Shown one piece after another: positions 37,605 to 50,628 of a DNA stretch of 64,000 nucleotides. The stretch is taken from NCBI GenBank assembly GCA_905178155.1, contig CAJINV010000002.1, positions 8,513,224 through 8,577,223 of the forward strand. Reading direction: 5' to 3'. The notes beneath the pieces were generated by a model. The model was not told the DNA's origin. It saw nothing but the letters and a program-made list of their open reading frames with translations, and ran no database searches. Origin of the DNA: Amoebophrya sp. A120 (Eukaryota > Protista > Dinoflagellata). Every line of letters begins with the position of its first letter. The first letter of the stretch is position 1. A program made the translations under genes and the position numbers.

Positions 37605-38791
37605 CTTGGGACACGGAGTGGGTATTGACACCGTCACTTCACTTCTACAAGAGACCACCTGTACTCACGTAGTAGGTGAAGCTGGAGGTGGTAGAACCAC
37701 CAAGCGCGGCGAGCAAGAACATGGCAAAAGAATACAGTTGTAGAGATGTTGATCCGCGACAGGAGAGCAAGCGAATCGCTGGAGATATAGCCAGTGATAA
37801 ATCTACGGGGTCCTGAGAGCGGTGCTTCAAATTTCATATGTGCATCGTTTCACGTATTTTTCTCACATCAGCTCGGCATGACCTCGACCTTTACTTGCAA
37901 CCCATATGTAGAGCCATTGCAAGCATCTTTTATTCATGGGTGATGTGGTGCAGCTTTTCGATAATTTCAGATGTGATTCAACTTGTGCTGATCGGTAAAT
38001 CAAATACAGGATCAAGTCGGGGAGCGGCTGCAGTCCGTTATATTACGAACAGTGAGGTTCGCGTGGTAATGATCGTCAACAATGGAGGTGCGGATACAAT
38101 TTCTGACGATCGGCTGGGATACTACTTTTTCCGATCCGGGGCAGAAGTCACTCAGATCGAAGATTCTGTTTGAAACAACTATGTCAAGATCCGTACCTCG
38201 TTCCGGTTTTCCTGGAGATCATCCTCATCGACGAGATGCCAAGCAGCAGGAGCAGGAAATAAAACCATCATAAAAAGTAGCCTCGTTTACGGGGTATACA
38301 ACAACGCAACCCGATCTGCCTCCGCTTGATACTAGGGACAGTGGCCTTACAGGGTCAACCTGCGATGTCTTCGTGTCGGCAGCGGTGCGTGTTCCTTATT
38401 GCAACCTCTGCTTCATCTTCTCCTTCAACTTTGGGTCTGAGTTCTTTTTTTCTACTTGTCTTCGCCACGAAATTACGTCCATCGTGGAGTGGCAGTGAAA
38501 AGATGAATTTCAGGTTTGCACGGGTGAAGAAAGCGCCGCTAACAAAGCCTCGCTGAAGATTGGTGTTCTAGTACAGCGCTTGATTGCAGTGGTAGTGCTA
38601 GTAGTTGGTCGCTACTAGTGCTACATTTCTGAAGGCGGTGTGCCGACGAAGGACGCTACTTGAACTAGCGTCACTAATTGAAAAGCCCGTAGTTACTCTT
38701 TTGAGGTAAAGAAGTTCGACAGGTTGACTCAAAAAATGTGGTGATAATGTCAGTTGTAGGCTGGGTTCTTCTAGCCGCGGATCACGAATTT

Positions 38792-40513
38792 TTACCAAAA
38801 GCACTTCGCGATAGTCCAGGGCACATATGCGACCCACGCCAAAGTCTTGTCGATGATTTTCGTGTGCTCTGTACGTATGTTTATTGTGCAAGTACATATC
38901 GTATGCGATTCCAATTTCCCAAGCGAAACGAAGATTCATAATATGGATGGATAAGGATATGGATTGAAACTAGAAAAATCGCATGCATTTATTTTTTCTT
39001 TCCATGATTTACATATCTATGCGCTCAAATGGACAAAAACTAGCACAGTAGTTCTACAATTCGTACCTCCACCGGGGCAGCAGCACTGGATGGGTAGCAA
39101 CACGATGTTATTACAATGAAAAATGCCCGCACCCCCGAACTTGGGAGCATTTGCATTGCAAACCTTTCCAAATGAAACACTCTTTCGCCCTCTTGCATCT
39201 ATCAGCATCACAGGTTTCCAATCCATCCATCGCGAATAGCAAAAATTTGTATTGCAAAAGACCCCAGCAAGAGCGGCGCCTGTCATGCAAGCGATGCGAT
39301 ACACGCCGAGACTCTGCATCAGAAAGATTCATACTCCTTTCATGCATGCCAAAAAGTTTTCATTTGGAAACTTCGCATCACAAATTTTTGCAATTTCAGG
39401 GGTGGGGGGCACTTTTCACTGTAATAGATGTAGACCGCGCAGGAAAGCGCCGTGACCGCCAACCCAAGGGTGCCGAACAAGAACGCGACACCAAATGCAA
39501 AAATGTCTGGGTCTGAAAAAGTGTAGACTTGTCATGCAGATTTTCCATGACCCGCGAGGTCTGGAATCCGGGACTTAGCATGACAGACTCTGCGAGGTCT
39601 CTGCCATGCCTATCCTGCATGAGAAACTCCCTTCCAACTTGGTCAAAAGTATACCGGTTTTGGGACTCATGCAACACAGATTTTTGCATGCTCCAGATTT
39701 ACCATGACGAGTTGCAATCTTCCAGACCCAGACATTTTTGCAATTCATACGCGAAGAACAAGCACCACTTCGGCTTGCCCTTCTTCTCGTCCTCCATGTG
39801 CTCACCCTCCTTCAGGACTTCCGCATTTGATACAACCCCGTCCTCATTTGGTCCGGCCTCGAGATCAACAATCTTGTTGAAATCAGGTTCTGCCTCGTCA
39901 GTCTGGCACGGGGAGGGTCGGGATACTGTTGTAAAGTAATTGCAGTTCTTTGCGTCACGGCAGTAATAAATATAGTGCAAAATGAATAATCGGTACTGCT
40001 GCACATATTTTTGGATATAGATTTAGCACCACTGCCACTCTAACAAATCGCGAACCTGCAGTCGCACTACTTGCGCGGATATTCATCGTGGCTGCAGCAC
40101 TGCAACACATCCAGACGATGTCTGAGGGAGCGTATACTGGCCACCTAAATTTACCAAATGCTAATGCAGCCAGTATCTACGCCATGCCATTCTTGTACAA
40201 CAACGCTACACCAAATACGTTGTGCCTCCGTGTCGACCGCGGTCATCTCGTTCTGTGCCGGCGCACCCAGGGTAGCTGCCAGCTCGACCTACTATCCATT
40301 GCTGCAGAAGTATCGCACTCATACCAGTTGCAATCATGCATGTCAGATCTGCCTTCTAGTCTACTTCTTGCCCGATACCGAATGACAGATCTCATCTTTC
40401 TCTCTTTTTAGAAAAATTGTCATGCAGATTCGACTAGTACCAGTAGCACGATACCTTGCAATGCATAACTCCGCTGGAGGAGCGACGGCTCCTGCCGCCT
40501 GGACTTCAGACAT
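38792..40513 (-). CDS. Small Cys-rich membrane protein (153 aa, 6 exons), not visible as one ORF
   Basis: Manual assembly: MSEVQAAGAVAPPAE|VELAATLG...EAQ|LSRPSPC...KPKWCLFFA|FLFGTLGLAVTALSCAVYI|VLLPIQCCCPGG|EHTKIIDKTLAWVAYVPWTIAKCFW*. Uses three TIR introns and GT-AG introns 39926-40218 and 38869-39066; 462 nt spliced. Confidence 0.75.
39109..39426. mobile_element. TIR introner IE6 (323-nt non-canonical intron)
   Basis: Direct repeat GATGT at 39104-39108 and 39427-39431. Imperfect TIR of about 70 bp starting TATTACA(A/G)TGAAAA(A/G)TGCCC(G/C)CACCCC. Confidence 0.92.
39489..39749. mobile_element. TIR introner IE7 (266-nt non-canonical intron)
   Basis: Direct repeat CGCGA at 39484-39488 and 39750-39754. 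Perfect 20-bp inverted repeat TGCAAAAATGTCTGGGTCTG (39496-39515 / 39723-39742). Confidence 0.92.
40293..40467. mobile_element. TIR introner IE8 with diverged TSD (180-nt intron)
   Basis: TATCCATTGCTGCAGAAGTATCG vs TATGCATTGCAAGGTATCG. Flanks CCTAC (40288-40292) and ACTCC (40468-40472) match 3/5. Internal TTGTCATGCA. Removal of 180 nt links the ATG at 40513 to the downstream frame. Confidence 0.75.
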
Positions 40514-41721
40514 GCTGTACCTGAATCCCGCTCGCTAGAAAACCAAAATGCAGATGAGACGAGCGCGCTCAATGCTGTCTAGAACCGATCGACAATCACA
40601 TCGAGTATATGAATGAAGAAATAACATCCTCCTTATCCTAGACACGCGGGCCCTCGCTCCCTACCCTGCAGCAGCTTTGATCTACCGTTAACACTCAAGC
40701 TCAATCGTGATACACTCGCTCCTCGCATTTGCAATTTCGCACTCTAATTCTCGAGCAGGAGCATCCTCAACATCATCTCATTAGGTAGTAACAGTTAAAC
40801 AAAAATCAGATCAGATCAGAGGTGTCAGGCTCGGCTCGGCTGTCGGGCGGCGTTCCAGAACTTTAAGAGTGCAGCTGGAGCTATTCATGAGCTATAACTT
40901 GACCACGCATACTAAATTCTAGTAGAGGCGGCTAACAGCGAACTTGTCCTCCCCCCACGTGATCATACAAACCCCGGCCTGAAATTCATGCTTACTGGGT
41001 GGGGCTGGGAAAATAGGCCATGAACCCGACAAGAACGCCGGCAGTCTTATACTTGGCCAACGAAATAACTTCACGCGCCTGACGGGAGCACCACGTCTTT
41101 AACCCTAAAACCCTGTCTAAGTTATCAGCCACTTACAACTATTTGGTCCTAGTATGCAAGTTCCTAACTACGGCATGCAATATCACCTCGGCCTGGATCA
41201 CTTGTCTTTCTTTTTCGTTTTCCGATAGTACCCTTAACCCCTCTACCAAACTTCCCTAGTGCATCGAAACCGCCCGGCCCACACGGGCGCTTCTTTCCCC
41301 GAGTGGAGATATACTCGCGCACAGGTGGGGACGCCCTCGACTACACTGGACTCGCCGATAGGAATTTACGATCTACTTACTTTTTCACTTTTTTTTGGAA
41401 ACGGAAACGTTGGAGCAGCTGGAGCTTTTTTTTGCTTTACGTATACAAATTTACCACCTTCTTCATCTTTGGCCGAGGTGTCTAGGGCGCTACTAGTGCC
41501 AACGATCCGCACGAAGGTCTTTTGCGCTACGAATATTTGTACGCCGTCACGCACGCTACGAATATTTGCCAGCCCACGTGACGCCGTCACGCAAGCTGGG
41601 CCCAACGCAGCAGTCAGGCAATCCTAACCACCACGTCGGCCGTAAAACAGATTTGCGTTTGTCAGAAGTTTGGAGCAGAAACAGACTTAACTAAACCCTT
41701 TTGCAGACTAGAGAAGCTAAA

Positions 41722-41820
41722 AACTAGGCTCCGAAGAGCTGCGCTGGAATGGGCGAGAAGACTATGCTCCGAGGAGCTACATTGGAAAGGTTTGAAAAAA
41801 CTATGCTCCGAGGAGCGGGC
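41722..41820. repeat. Degenerate 39-bp tandem repeat (about 2.5 copies)
   Basis: ACTA(G/T)GCTCCGA(A/G)GAGC recurs at about 41723, 41761 and 41800. Confidence 0.75.
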
Positions 41821-44234
41821 CTAGGGGAGCTAAAACAAAACTAAGCTTTCAGATTTTGGATTTCACTCAAAATAAAACTACACGGCAATAGGTCAGAGTA
41901 ATGGTCTTCGTCATGTGAAAACCCTCAAACCGGCTACAAGCCGTGATTTGTCGAGATCGCCACATTTGAATCAACGTAGGTTTAGTCTTTTCGCAGAAAA
42001 AGAGCCCAGGAGCTTTCCTGAACTAACAAAACTGCAGTTTTAGATGGGGACAAGGCGATACGTGTGAGATCATGGAAAACAACAGCTTTTTTGGGCTTTC
42101 ACTACCGTTAGTGAGTCTGTTTTTCCGCCATAGCATCGGGACAAGGCGAGCTTGATGGATCCTCAGAGCTTGTAAGAGTTTAACTACGAAGTGCGAAGCC
42201 TTTAACACGTACCGCGGTCCCTTCCCGGCGATCAAGTTTAAAATGGAACTCAGGTAAAACATTAAACCCAGTGATCGTGTAATAGCATCGCAAGATTATC
42301 AACAACGGCGTTACCAAGAGAGACAAAACACGACGTCACTCGTCTCTCATCAGTACACCCTCGTGTTGCGGACTAGCAAAGCTCTCAGCTGAGAAAAAGA
42401 AAGGTAAAAGAAAAAAGAAAGCCAAACTCAGATAGTTTGACTTTTACCTTGCTGCAAAGAGACAGAGAGACTGCACTACTAGAAAGATACAGGTTTTTTT
42501 TTTTTGTGTTTTTTATTTTGTTTGAACGAACCGACCGGGAGATATAGCATTTCTTTTTCTTTTTTGCACGAAGCTACTAACGAGCTATACTGTTAAAAGA
42601 GGAAAGCCTCATAGTTATGCAGAGAAAGATGAAATTCAAACTACCAAAACTCTATCTCCCCCAGGACCTACTAACTACAAAAAGCAGACAACAGCGGACC
42701 TACTAACTTCAACACCCCCCTAACTACAAATATCCGCTCGTCTTCAAAATAAAAACCATGCTGACTCCCGTTTGGGACTCGAGATGAGCGCAAACGCTTT
42801 TACAAGAAGCACATCCCCATGACAGGCTGTATAAACACACATGCTGGATGGTCTCCCCTTGCTGTACTTTCGCAAGATTCTTGGAGAGCGGAGGTTTGGT
42901 GATTCTTACTGTCGCTTCATCAGGAATTAATACGAGCAAGGGTGGGTGGTGGAGGTGGGGTGTTGAATAGAAAACATGTTCCACCATTTCTCGTCACAAG
43001 AAAAGAGAAAAGTTTTTGTGTGTGGGAAACAATCCTTAATTCTCAATACTACATAATCATGTGTAGTGGCTTGATGTCCCGTTTTTCATCTGTCGTATTT
43101 ACTGTTGATGTTGTGCGTTTACTTCTGACTACAGCTGTATAAAGACAAAGAGGCCATTTACAATATTGAAAAATAAGCCTCGCCTAGCTGATGGTGTAAA
43201 AGAACGGTGACCTGCACCATCACTGGCAAAATTGTATATACATGGTCATGGGTAGTTTTTTCGGGTGATGATCTAGAAGAAAATTGATCTACAAGTAGTT
43301 CAATTGACCCATCATCTTTACATAGCCGTAGTAAAAATTCCGATGATCCATGATCACCATCGATCCAACACTGACAGGAAAAAAAATCGCTTTCCACACA
43401 ACTGTATTTGAAATGTATTTGGGGGAAGGGCTGGGGCTGGCCATTCTTAATCTTATTATGGTCGGAGTTCTTGCACCCGTACTGATGTCTGTATCTTCAC
43501 GAATAAATCATCCAAGTTGCGCACCAGATGCTTCAGATTCAGATGCTGAAGCCTGCGGGGCAGGGCATTAAACAACGTACTAACTATAATATCAGGTTGA
43601 TCTACCGATATTATGGGAAGTGCGTGCTCGTAAGTCTCTATGCGCCAGGCTTTTTCTATGTCTTACTCTGCGGGCACAAAAGCTGGCTGCTACAGATGGT
43701 TTAAAAAGTGCTTATTTTCCCTGCAGTTGTTCTATACATTCCGGTGATGTAGTATACTGACATTATTGAAGTTTTTCTTGCTGTGAACTAGTACTTCTCG
43801 TCATTTTCGAATCGGGTTGTGGCAAACATTTTCGAATTGCCTCCCTTCTGAAAAAACGTCGCGAAAAGTGTATTCTCCATCAAAATCCAAAATTATCGTG
43901 ACTACATCCTACAACAGAAAAAATAAAAAGTAGACTACCATCTTCCATAATAAGTTGCTGGGGACATTGCTCAACAATACCAAGTAACAGGAGACGACGG
44001 GATAAGATGACCCGTCATCTAAGTATATATCAAGTGTCGTCAAAGTATTCGATTTTGGAGAAGGGTAAAAAAACATTCCAACAGGGATACTGAAATATGA
44101 ATAATAGTGAACAGATGCAACCATTTGCTGATCGCTTTGTTCGTTTACGTTTATGTTTCCGTTTATATACTTAGACGAGAAATACAGCCTTCGGTCGTCA
44201 CGAAGACAGGATATGAATAGGTAGAATTTGCGAC

Positions 44235-47200
44235 TCATACTGAGCCAACTCCCCCTCGCATCATGTCTCCTGAAGGAGGACTGCCGGCGCTGTTAGGTTG
44301 CGGCACTGGGACCACGTAGTTGTAGCTTTGCTGCCCGTGTGAGGAACGAGAAGAAGCGACCGAGGTTGGTTGCTGATGCTGGATGGAGTGCTGCTGCTGC
44401 TGCATCTGCATCTGCTGGGCGTTTGTGTTGCGGGGAGAATTCAACATCCGGGCTGTATTTTGCTGATGCACTGCAGGAGCCGTAGAGTTGTGGTACATTT
44501 GTTGCATCTGATGGGTGTACTGTTGTTGGCCAAGTTGTTGGCCATGGCCTCCCGAGGACGTCTGAGAAGAAGTCGGATACAGCATCTGCTGTTGCTGAGA
44601 TGATACTCGCGGCTGCTGCTGCTGCTGCTGATGTTGATGACTTCTTGGTGTATTCATGCTGTTCGCAGGAGCTGTCGTGCTGACACCCAAATGGTCCGCC
44701 AGATGCAGTTCCTGCCGGTGGTGCGGCGCGAGGGGCTGTTGGCGAGAGTGATTCACGTTCTGCCTACTTCGCGGAGACGAGCTGGAATTCGAACTTTGTG
44801 GCTGTGCATACATTGGATGCGCCACCGGGATGTTGTTGTGAGAAGATGCAACTGGTGCAAATTGCTGTTGACCTTTCCCGTGAACACCTCCGGCTGCAGA
44901 AGCGGAGCCCATCCCGGAGGTGTAACTGCCGAGCGCCGAGCTTGCGGGTGCCCCCTTGTTGCCCCCGGACCCATTGCTGCCGGTGCTCTGCGGCGCTCCT
45001 CCTGCTGGTGCGCCTTGGTTCTGTCGCATCATGTCGCCGCGAAGTAGTTGCTGCCGGGTGTCCTCCTTCAAGCCTCGCTGGTAGTGATTCTGGTGCGCAG
45101 CGTACTGCACGTTCGCGTACTGTTGCTCCAGGTTGTTGCTGACCTGCTGCTGCTGCTGCTGCTGGGGGGAATACATCATCGGCTCTTGTTGCTGGGGATG
45201 GTGCTGGTGGTGCTGGGGATGGTGCTGGTGGTGTTGGGGATGGTGTGCGACTTGCTGATTTGGACCACGATGTTGTCCGTGATAGGGAACCTGCTGGTGC
45301 TGCCCGTGTTGTTGACCCATAACATGGTGCTGATGTTGTCCGTGGTTGTTTTTACCACCTGGCAGAACTGTCGCGCCGACGCCTCCCTTTGAACCAGGAG
45401 GCGTGCCCGCGACCGCCGGACCGGGGCTGTCCGAGCAGTCTGACCCCGCGTGCGTGCTGACGGGGGACCGGTCGCCTCCTGGGGAGCTGCAAGAGTGGTA
45501 TGCCTGAGGACTGGATGTTGAACTACCGGGCTGTTGTTGTTGTTGTTGACCTGCTCTTTGGTGGTGGTAATTATGCGTCGCGGTGCCTAAAGCTCTATTG
45601 CCCGAGTTTTGATGCGGATGCGGATGGTGCGCCGCCGCGGCAACCACGGGGCTGGTGGTCCCCATGTTGTGGTCACCACGATCATGATTGTGCTTGCTCC
45701 CGCCAACAACATCTCCAGCACTGTAGTCGCCGAAGTCCGCGAACTGTGCCCGCTGCTGCTCCGTCAACTGCCGCACCTGGCTGTTTCGCTCCGACGTGCG
45801 GAGGGTAGAGCTTGTCCCAGAATGCAGCTGCTGCTGGTGGTGCCCAGAGGTACTGTTATGAGTACTGACAATTTCCCCAGCAGCAACGACGCCGCCGACA
45901 GTTCTGTTGTGCATCCCGCTGTTGTTGCTGACCCTCCCGGACGGGCGGCCGCTGCTGCGCGGCTCGCCCGAGCCGAGACCTTGCGAGCCCGAGGAGCCGA
46001 GACCGCCCTCCACGTAGGAGAAGTGGTTGAAATGGATCAGGTCCTCGTTGTCGTCGTCGCACTGCACGTCCGACCGCGTCATGTCCATGGCAATGAACTC
46101 CTTGTCGAAGTTCTTCACGTCTTCCTGGTGCTGCACGTGCGGCACGAAGGGCGCCCGGTACCGCTTGTTGTAGACTTTCTGAAAGTCCAGCCCCTGGAAA
46201 AACGCGTGCCGCTTCACGTCGTCCGCGTCCCGGTCGCCGGCGCCCAACCGCCACTGCTGGTTGGGGTGCAGCAGCTGGCGGAGGAAGTCGCGCGCCGGGG
46301 GCTTGATAAACGTCGGCACCGTCAACCGTGCCCGCCGGATGGCCGCGAACAGCTCGTCGCGGTCCCGCGAGTAGTAGGGGGGGAGGCCCGTCATCATCTC
46401 GTAGCAAAGAGCGCCGAGTGAGTACCAGTCGACAGCTTTGCCATGACCTGTAGTATTAAATATGATAATGGGGACAAGTTGTACGTAAAATCAAACATTT
46501 TTTTGTACGCGGTGCCGGAAGCGGAATGTGAGGCGACGAGAGGTCCCATATGATATTCACACTTCATACTGATTTTTGATCCTGCTACTTGTCTACTACT
46601 ACGATATTCTGTGAAAACGAAAAAAACTGTACCCGATCCGGTCAGAATTTCCGGAGCCAGGTACTCCGGCGTGCCGCACATCGACTTGGCGGAATAGTTG
46701 TCCGTCACCCCCTCCTTGGACAAGCCAAAATCCGTAATCTTCACGTGGCCGTGGCTGTCGAGAAGCACGTTCTCCGGCTTCAGGTCCCGGTAGATCGTAT
46801 TCATCTGGTGCAAGTGCTCCAGCGCAAGCGTGATCTCAGCACCGTAGAACCGAGTCCTGTTTTGAAGGTGAAATGAAAGTGAGTCTTCGGTGATGTAGTC
46901 TGCGGCAAGAAGAAGAAAAATATCAACTAGGTACACTCACTTGCTGCTGCTGGCGCATACAGGTAAATAAAGGAGGCCTGTTGCTCACCAAGGGATACTC
47001 TCCAGCCCAGAGAACAAGACAGTTCTACAACTACTCGCAAAAAAAAATCAAGCATCTATACCGGCTTTCCGAAAACCTGCCGACCTGCTGAAGGTGGAAA
47101 AAGAGCTCTCCCCCAGGGCAGTACTCCAAAACGAAGTACAGCTTCCGGGTGTTTTGGAAAGCGAAGTGCAGGTGCACGATAAAGGGGTGGCAGACTTTGT

Positions 47201-47805
47201 CCAACACTTTCCGCTCGGTCTGGGTGTGGATCACCTGGTTCCGCTTCATAATGTTGTCCTTCCGCAACACCTTCATGGCGAACGTCCGTTGCGGACCAAA
47301 TTTAGCTCGGACGAGCAGGACCTGTGAAGATGGAACAAGTCAAACAATTTTACAAAGGTAAGAATAGCAGGATCTTTTTTGCGGCTCCTTCCTGAAAAAA
47401 TCCCAGCAGCTGTATTGTGCCCGAAGAAGATGAAGAAGAACCCCAAGGGAAGATCATGATATTCATATATTTATTCTCGAAAGCCAAAGCGCCTCTAATA
47501 CTGGTCGGACCATGGCTATCATGGGATCACCTGATTAACAAGATCGTCAGAAAAAAAAAAAATTGAAAACGCAGTAGCACTACTTACAACCAGGACCACG
47601 ACGAGGACAATACCTTTCCATAACTTCCTTTCCCAATGACGGCAAGGGGGTGGTAATCTTCCAGTTTGCACCCGGTTTTTGCTCCCCTGGTCGGGAGTTT
47701 GGAAACTGGGTGGTTTAGCTCGACACCCGGAACCTGGCTCATGCCGACCACGTCCCGCATCTTGGCCTTCGTACTGCGGCCCGACCGATCGCCAGTTTCG
47801 GCCAT
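44235..47805 (-). CDS. AGC-family Ser/Thr kinase (RSK/S6K/PKB-like) with long Q/H-rich tail (~962 aa)
   Basis: [47 protein letters not shown]-tail NFDKEF and hydrophobic motif FNHFSY. GT-AG introns 47322-47613, 46857-47061 and 46448-46632. Confidence 0.95.
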
Positions 47806-49461
47806 CTGTGGTGTTGTTTCGTGGTGCGTTTAAGTTTATCTGATTAATTTTGTCCACCGGGATAGTCCTTCTCCTTCCTGAAATCTGTAACGTTTCTCTT
47901 TCACATTCACGGTGGTTAGTGCCCGAGATGAATCTGCAAACTGTAAGGAACAACACGTTCTTCTTCTTGCCAGACTTTGTCTGCGTAGCTGCACAGTGCA
48001 CCTGCGGTAAAAATAGCGATTGCAACAATAAAACAAAGCAATACCGTGTCGGAGATTCGTGTGATCAAAGAATCCCACACGAAGGTAGCCGCCCCGAGAA
48101 CGAAAAGGAAGCCGAAGGTGGTGCCCGTGAGAAGAACAAGTTTCGTGCGTTTGATAAAGATAATCCAAAGGGTAAAAGCTCTACGTTTTTCTTTTCAATC
48201 TAGTGGTCGATAATAAGATAATGTTATTTGCTTCTTTGATGTTCTACCTCAATTTATTAATCCCTGGTGCTGACGGAAAAAACCGATAAAAAAAGGACAG
48301 CTGCTAACTTAATACTGATGGCGTCGTATAACTTTGTTGTCGTTTCTTCTTTCTTGGTCTTTCGTTAAGACGACGAATTGCTTCGTCCCTGTTGGTGTTG
48401 GTTTAGCAAATGGTCAAAATTGTGGAAGACGGTAACCTATGGTGTTTTCCTTTGTGTATGAGTTCTGGTTATATTTGTCGATTTGAGTCGCGACTTTGTG
48501 GATTTTCTTCTGATGCAAGTCGAAATGGACAGATGCAGGATAACTTCAGAGAAAACTACGTTGATTCGAGTTTAATATGTGCACTGAATTAGAATTTAAG
48601 GGATCTCGCTAGAAATTAATTCGGCCGAGTGCAGGAACTGGATAATTCATAGTTTCTGTCGTAGATTCGCAGAGAAAAAAACTCGTACTCTGGTCTGCAT
48701 CTGCAAGGTGCACTGTAGATTGTTCATGCTCATGTTGACACACCGACTACTTTTCAACATCTCTCCTCTTCTATCTGTCGCCTTTCATTCATTTTATAAT
48801 GATCGAGGATCTCGATGGTGCTGAAACAATTTAGGATCAAACTCAACAGAACATTTGTGATTTGGATGCACTGGTCGCACCGCAGGTAGCGCACCATGTA
48901 ACCGAGAGATGATGTACTTGTTCCTCACATACACAGAAATGCTGATGTATCTGTCACTGTAGTTTCATCAACATTTTTGCAGAGCTGTCCACAATTCTCA
49001 TAGAGATGGATGCTTTGAAACCGACATCGACATTAATCTGCCGCGGAACTCATCTACGTCTCTCCATCTAGCCATATTTTGATTTCTTCGAGAAAAAGAA
49101 TGGAATGCGAGTGATAGTGATGAAGATGACGAGAAAAAAAATATGACATCAGAGGGGGCCACCCTCTGTCGTATTTTGCAGCTTGGTGCGCATGATGGAA
49201 ATGATGTTGATCACCGGAGCTTCACAACTTGACTCAATAGTAGTACAATTTCTATTGTTCTATTTCATTGCTGAAAGCGATAAAGTTAATACCTTACGGT
49301 TGCGCCGAAACGGAGTCCCCACATCGTTCGGCTTCGGGCTTGAAGGAAACTTTTGCAATAACAAAATGAAAGGCCGGGTGTAGTGTGATGTACTTGTTTG
49401 CCAACAACGAGAATGAATACATAGGCTGATGGAGCTGTACCAATTTCACGCCTAAGAAGAT

Positions 49462-50628
49462 CTACGAAATACCCGCTCGACTGTTGTACCACTGCGCAGC
49501 CAGGTAAACCCCGGCAACATAGGCTAGCAAACACGCAAGTCGAAGACCCAGAAAAGTCGCACTCCCCGGGACGGAACGAAGATGCGCCTGCGTACCGCTG
49601 GGCCTCCAACTCTCGACGCTGCCAGCGAGTACACACCAGAAGCGCGGAAACCCCATGAAATTGCAGAATGCGTGCACGAGGATTATCCCTAGAACGGAAA
49701 ACCCTGATTGCGAGTAGAGGAAAGTCTCCAGTATACCAAACACCGTCGTGTAAAACAACTGAAAGAGCAAGGGCAGAAGCATGTCTTTATTCTTGTAGTG
49801 GTGGTGGATGTGCGACAAACCGAAGAGCATCGGCGAGAGGTAATGAATAACCCAGTCTGGAAAGCCGGCAACAGAGTGTACTTGAGGGTTCTGCTCCTGG
49901 CCTTGAGGCAATATCGTGCCATCGGCTGTAGAAGTACCTCCCGAGTTCTTGCTGTCAAAAGGTGATGGCCCACGTTGTTCATCTGTCAATGCCCTCCAAG
50001 AGCCGGCGTTCCTCAGAATTCCGCAAACGCAGACTCGGTACACAAGCTCCTCATATACCGGTGCCGCAACTAGGTCCCGTAAGTGCTGCAGATCGCAGTA
50101 CTTTTCTCTGAATCTGCGAAAGATCATGTTGGCGTTTGGGCCGAAAGCTGTTTTCCAAACAGACCTCAAAAATATACCCCGTCCCGCTTCGTGGTTGGAG
50201 TCTTGGTAGTAACACCGGCAGGCGAAGTGTTCCACTATCGGGCCCAGGAAGAGCAAGACAATGAAGCCTAGACAGAAAAACATCCCCTCGAGTTCTTTCG
50301 TCACTGCGTCGCTGAACATTAGGGAACTTGATACCCCTGTAGAAGTTGCATCCCCACAGCATAGGGCTCGGTGCAGACGCAGAACGCACAGACTGAACAG
50401 AGTCCATGCTCCCCCCGCGCCGAGTCGTCGCTTGATAATGTCGGGATGGTTACGGTCTTTAGTTTGCAAGGTTTCCGATTCGGCAGAATAGCGGACCACA
50501 GCGTAGAGACTGGCGACAAAGCCGAACCCAACAAAAGTGGCGAGCGCCCCGGAGAGTGCCAGAGTGGTGGTGTAGCGGGTAATAGAAAGCTGATGCTCCT
50601 GGATTAACTCGCGCGGCGCAGTCGACAT
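49462..50628 (-). CDS. RCE1: CAAX prenyl protease 2
   Basis: VAAPVYEELVYR, FGLSHIHH, FQLFYTTVFG and ILVHAFCNFMGFP; multiple TM segments. Confidence 0.93.
   Translation of the reverse strand: MSTAPRELIQEHQLSITRYTTTLALSGALATFVGFGFVASLYAVVRYSAESETLQTKDRNHPDIIKRRLGAGGAWTLFSLCVLRLHRALCCGDATSTGVSSSLMFSDAVTKELEGMFFCLGFIVLLFLGPIVEHFACRCYYQDSNHEAGRGIFLRSVWKTAFGPNANMIFRRFREKYCDLQHLRDLVAAPVYEELVYRVCVCGILRNAGSWRALTDEQRGPSPFDSKNSGGTSTADGTILPQGQEQNPQVHSVAGFPDWVIHYLSPMLFGLSHIHHHYKNKDMLLPLLFQLFYTTVFGILETFLYSQSGFSVLGIILVHAFCNFMGFPRFWCVLAGSVESWRPSGTQAHLRSVPGSATFLGLRLACLLAYVAGVYLAAQWYNSRAGIS

Noticed and set aside
41101-41114. Telomere-like AACCCT units (also near 59856-59872)
   Set aside because: Only two imperfect units each; not distinguishable from chance.
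41722-41820. Spaced repeats resembling a mini CRISPR array
   Set aside because: The intervening segments are similar to each other (a tandem repeat), there are only three copies, there are no cas genes, and the context is eukaryotic.
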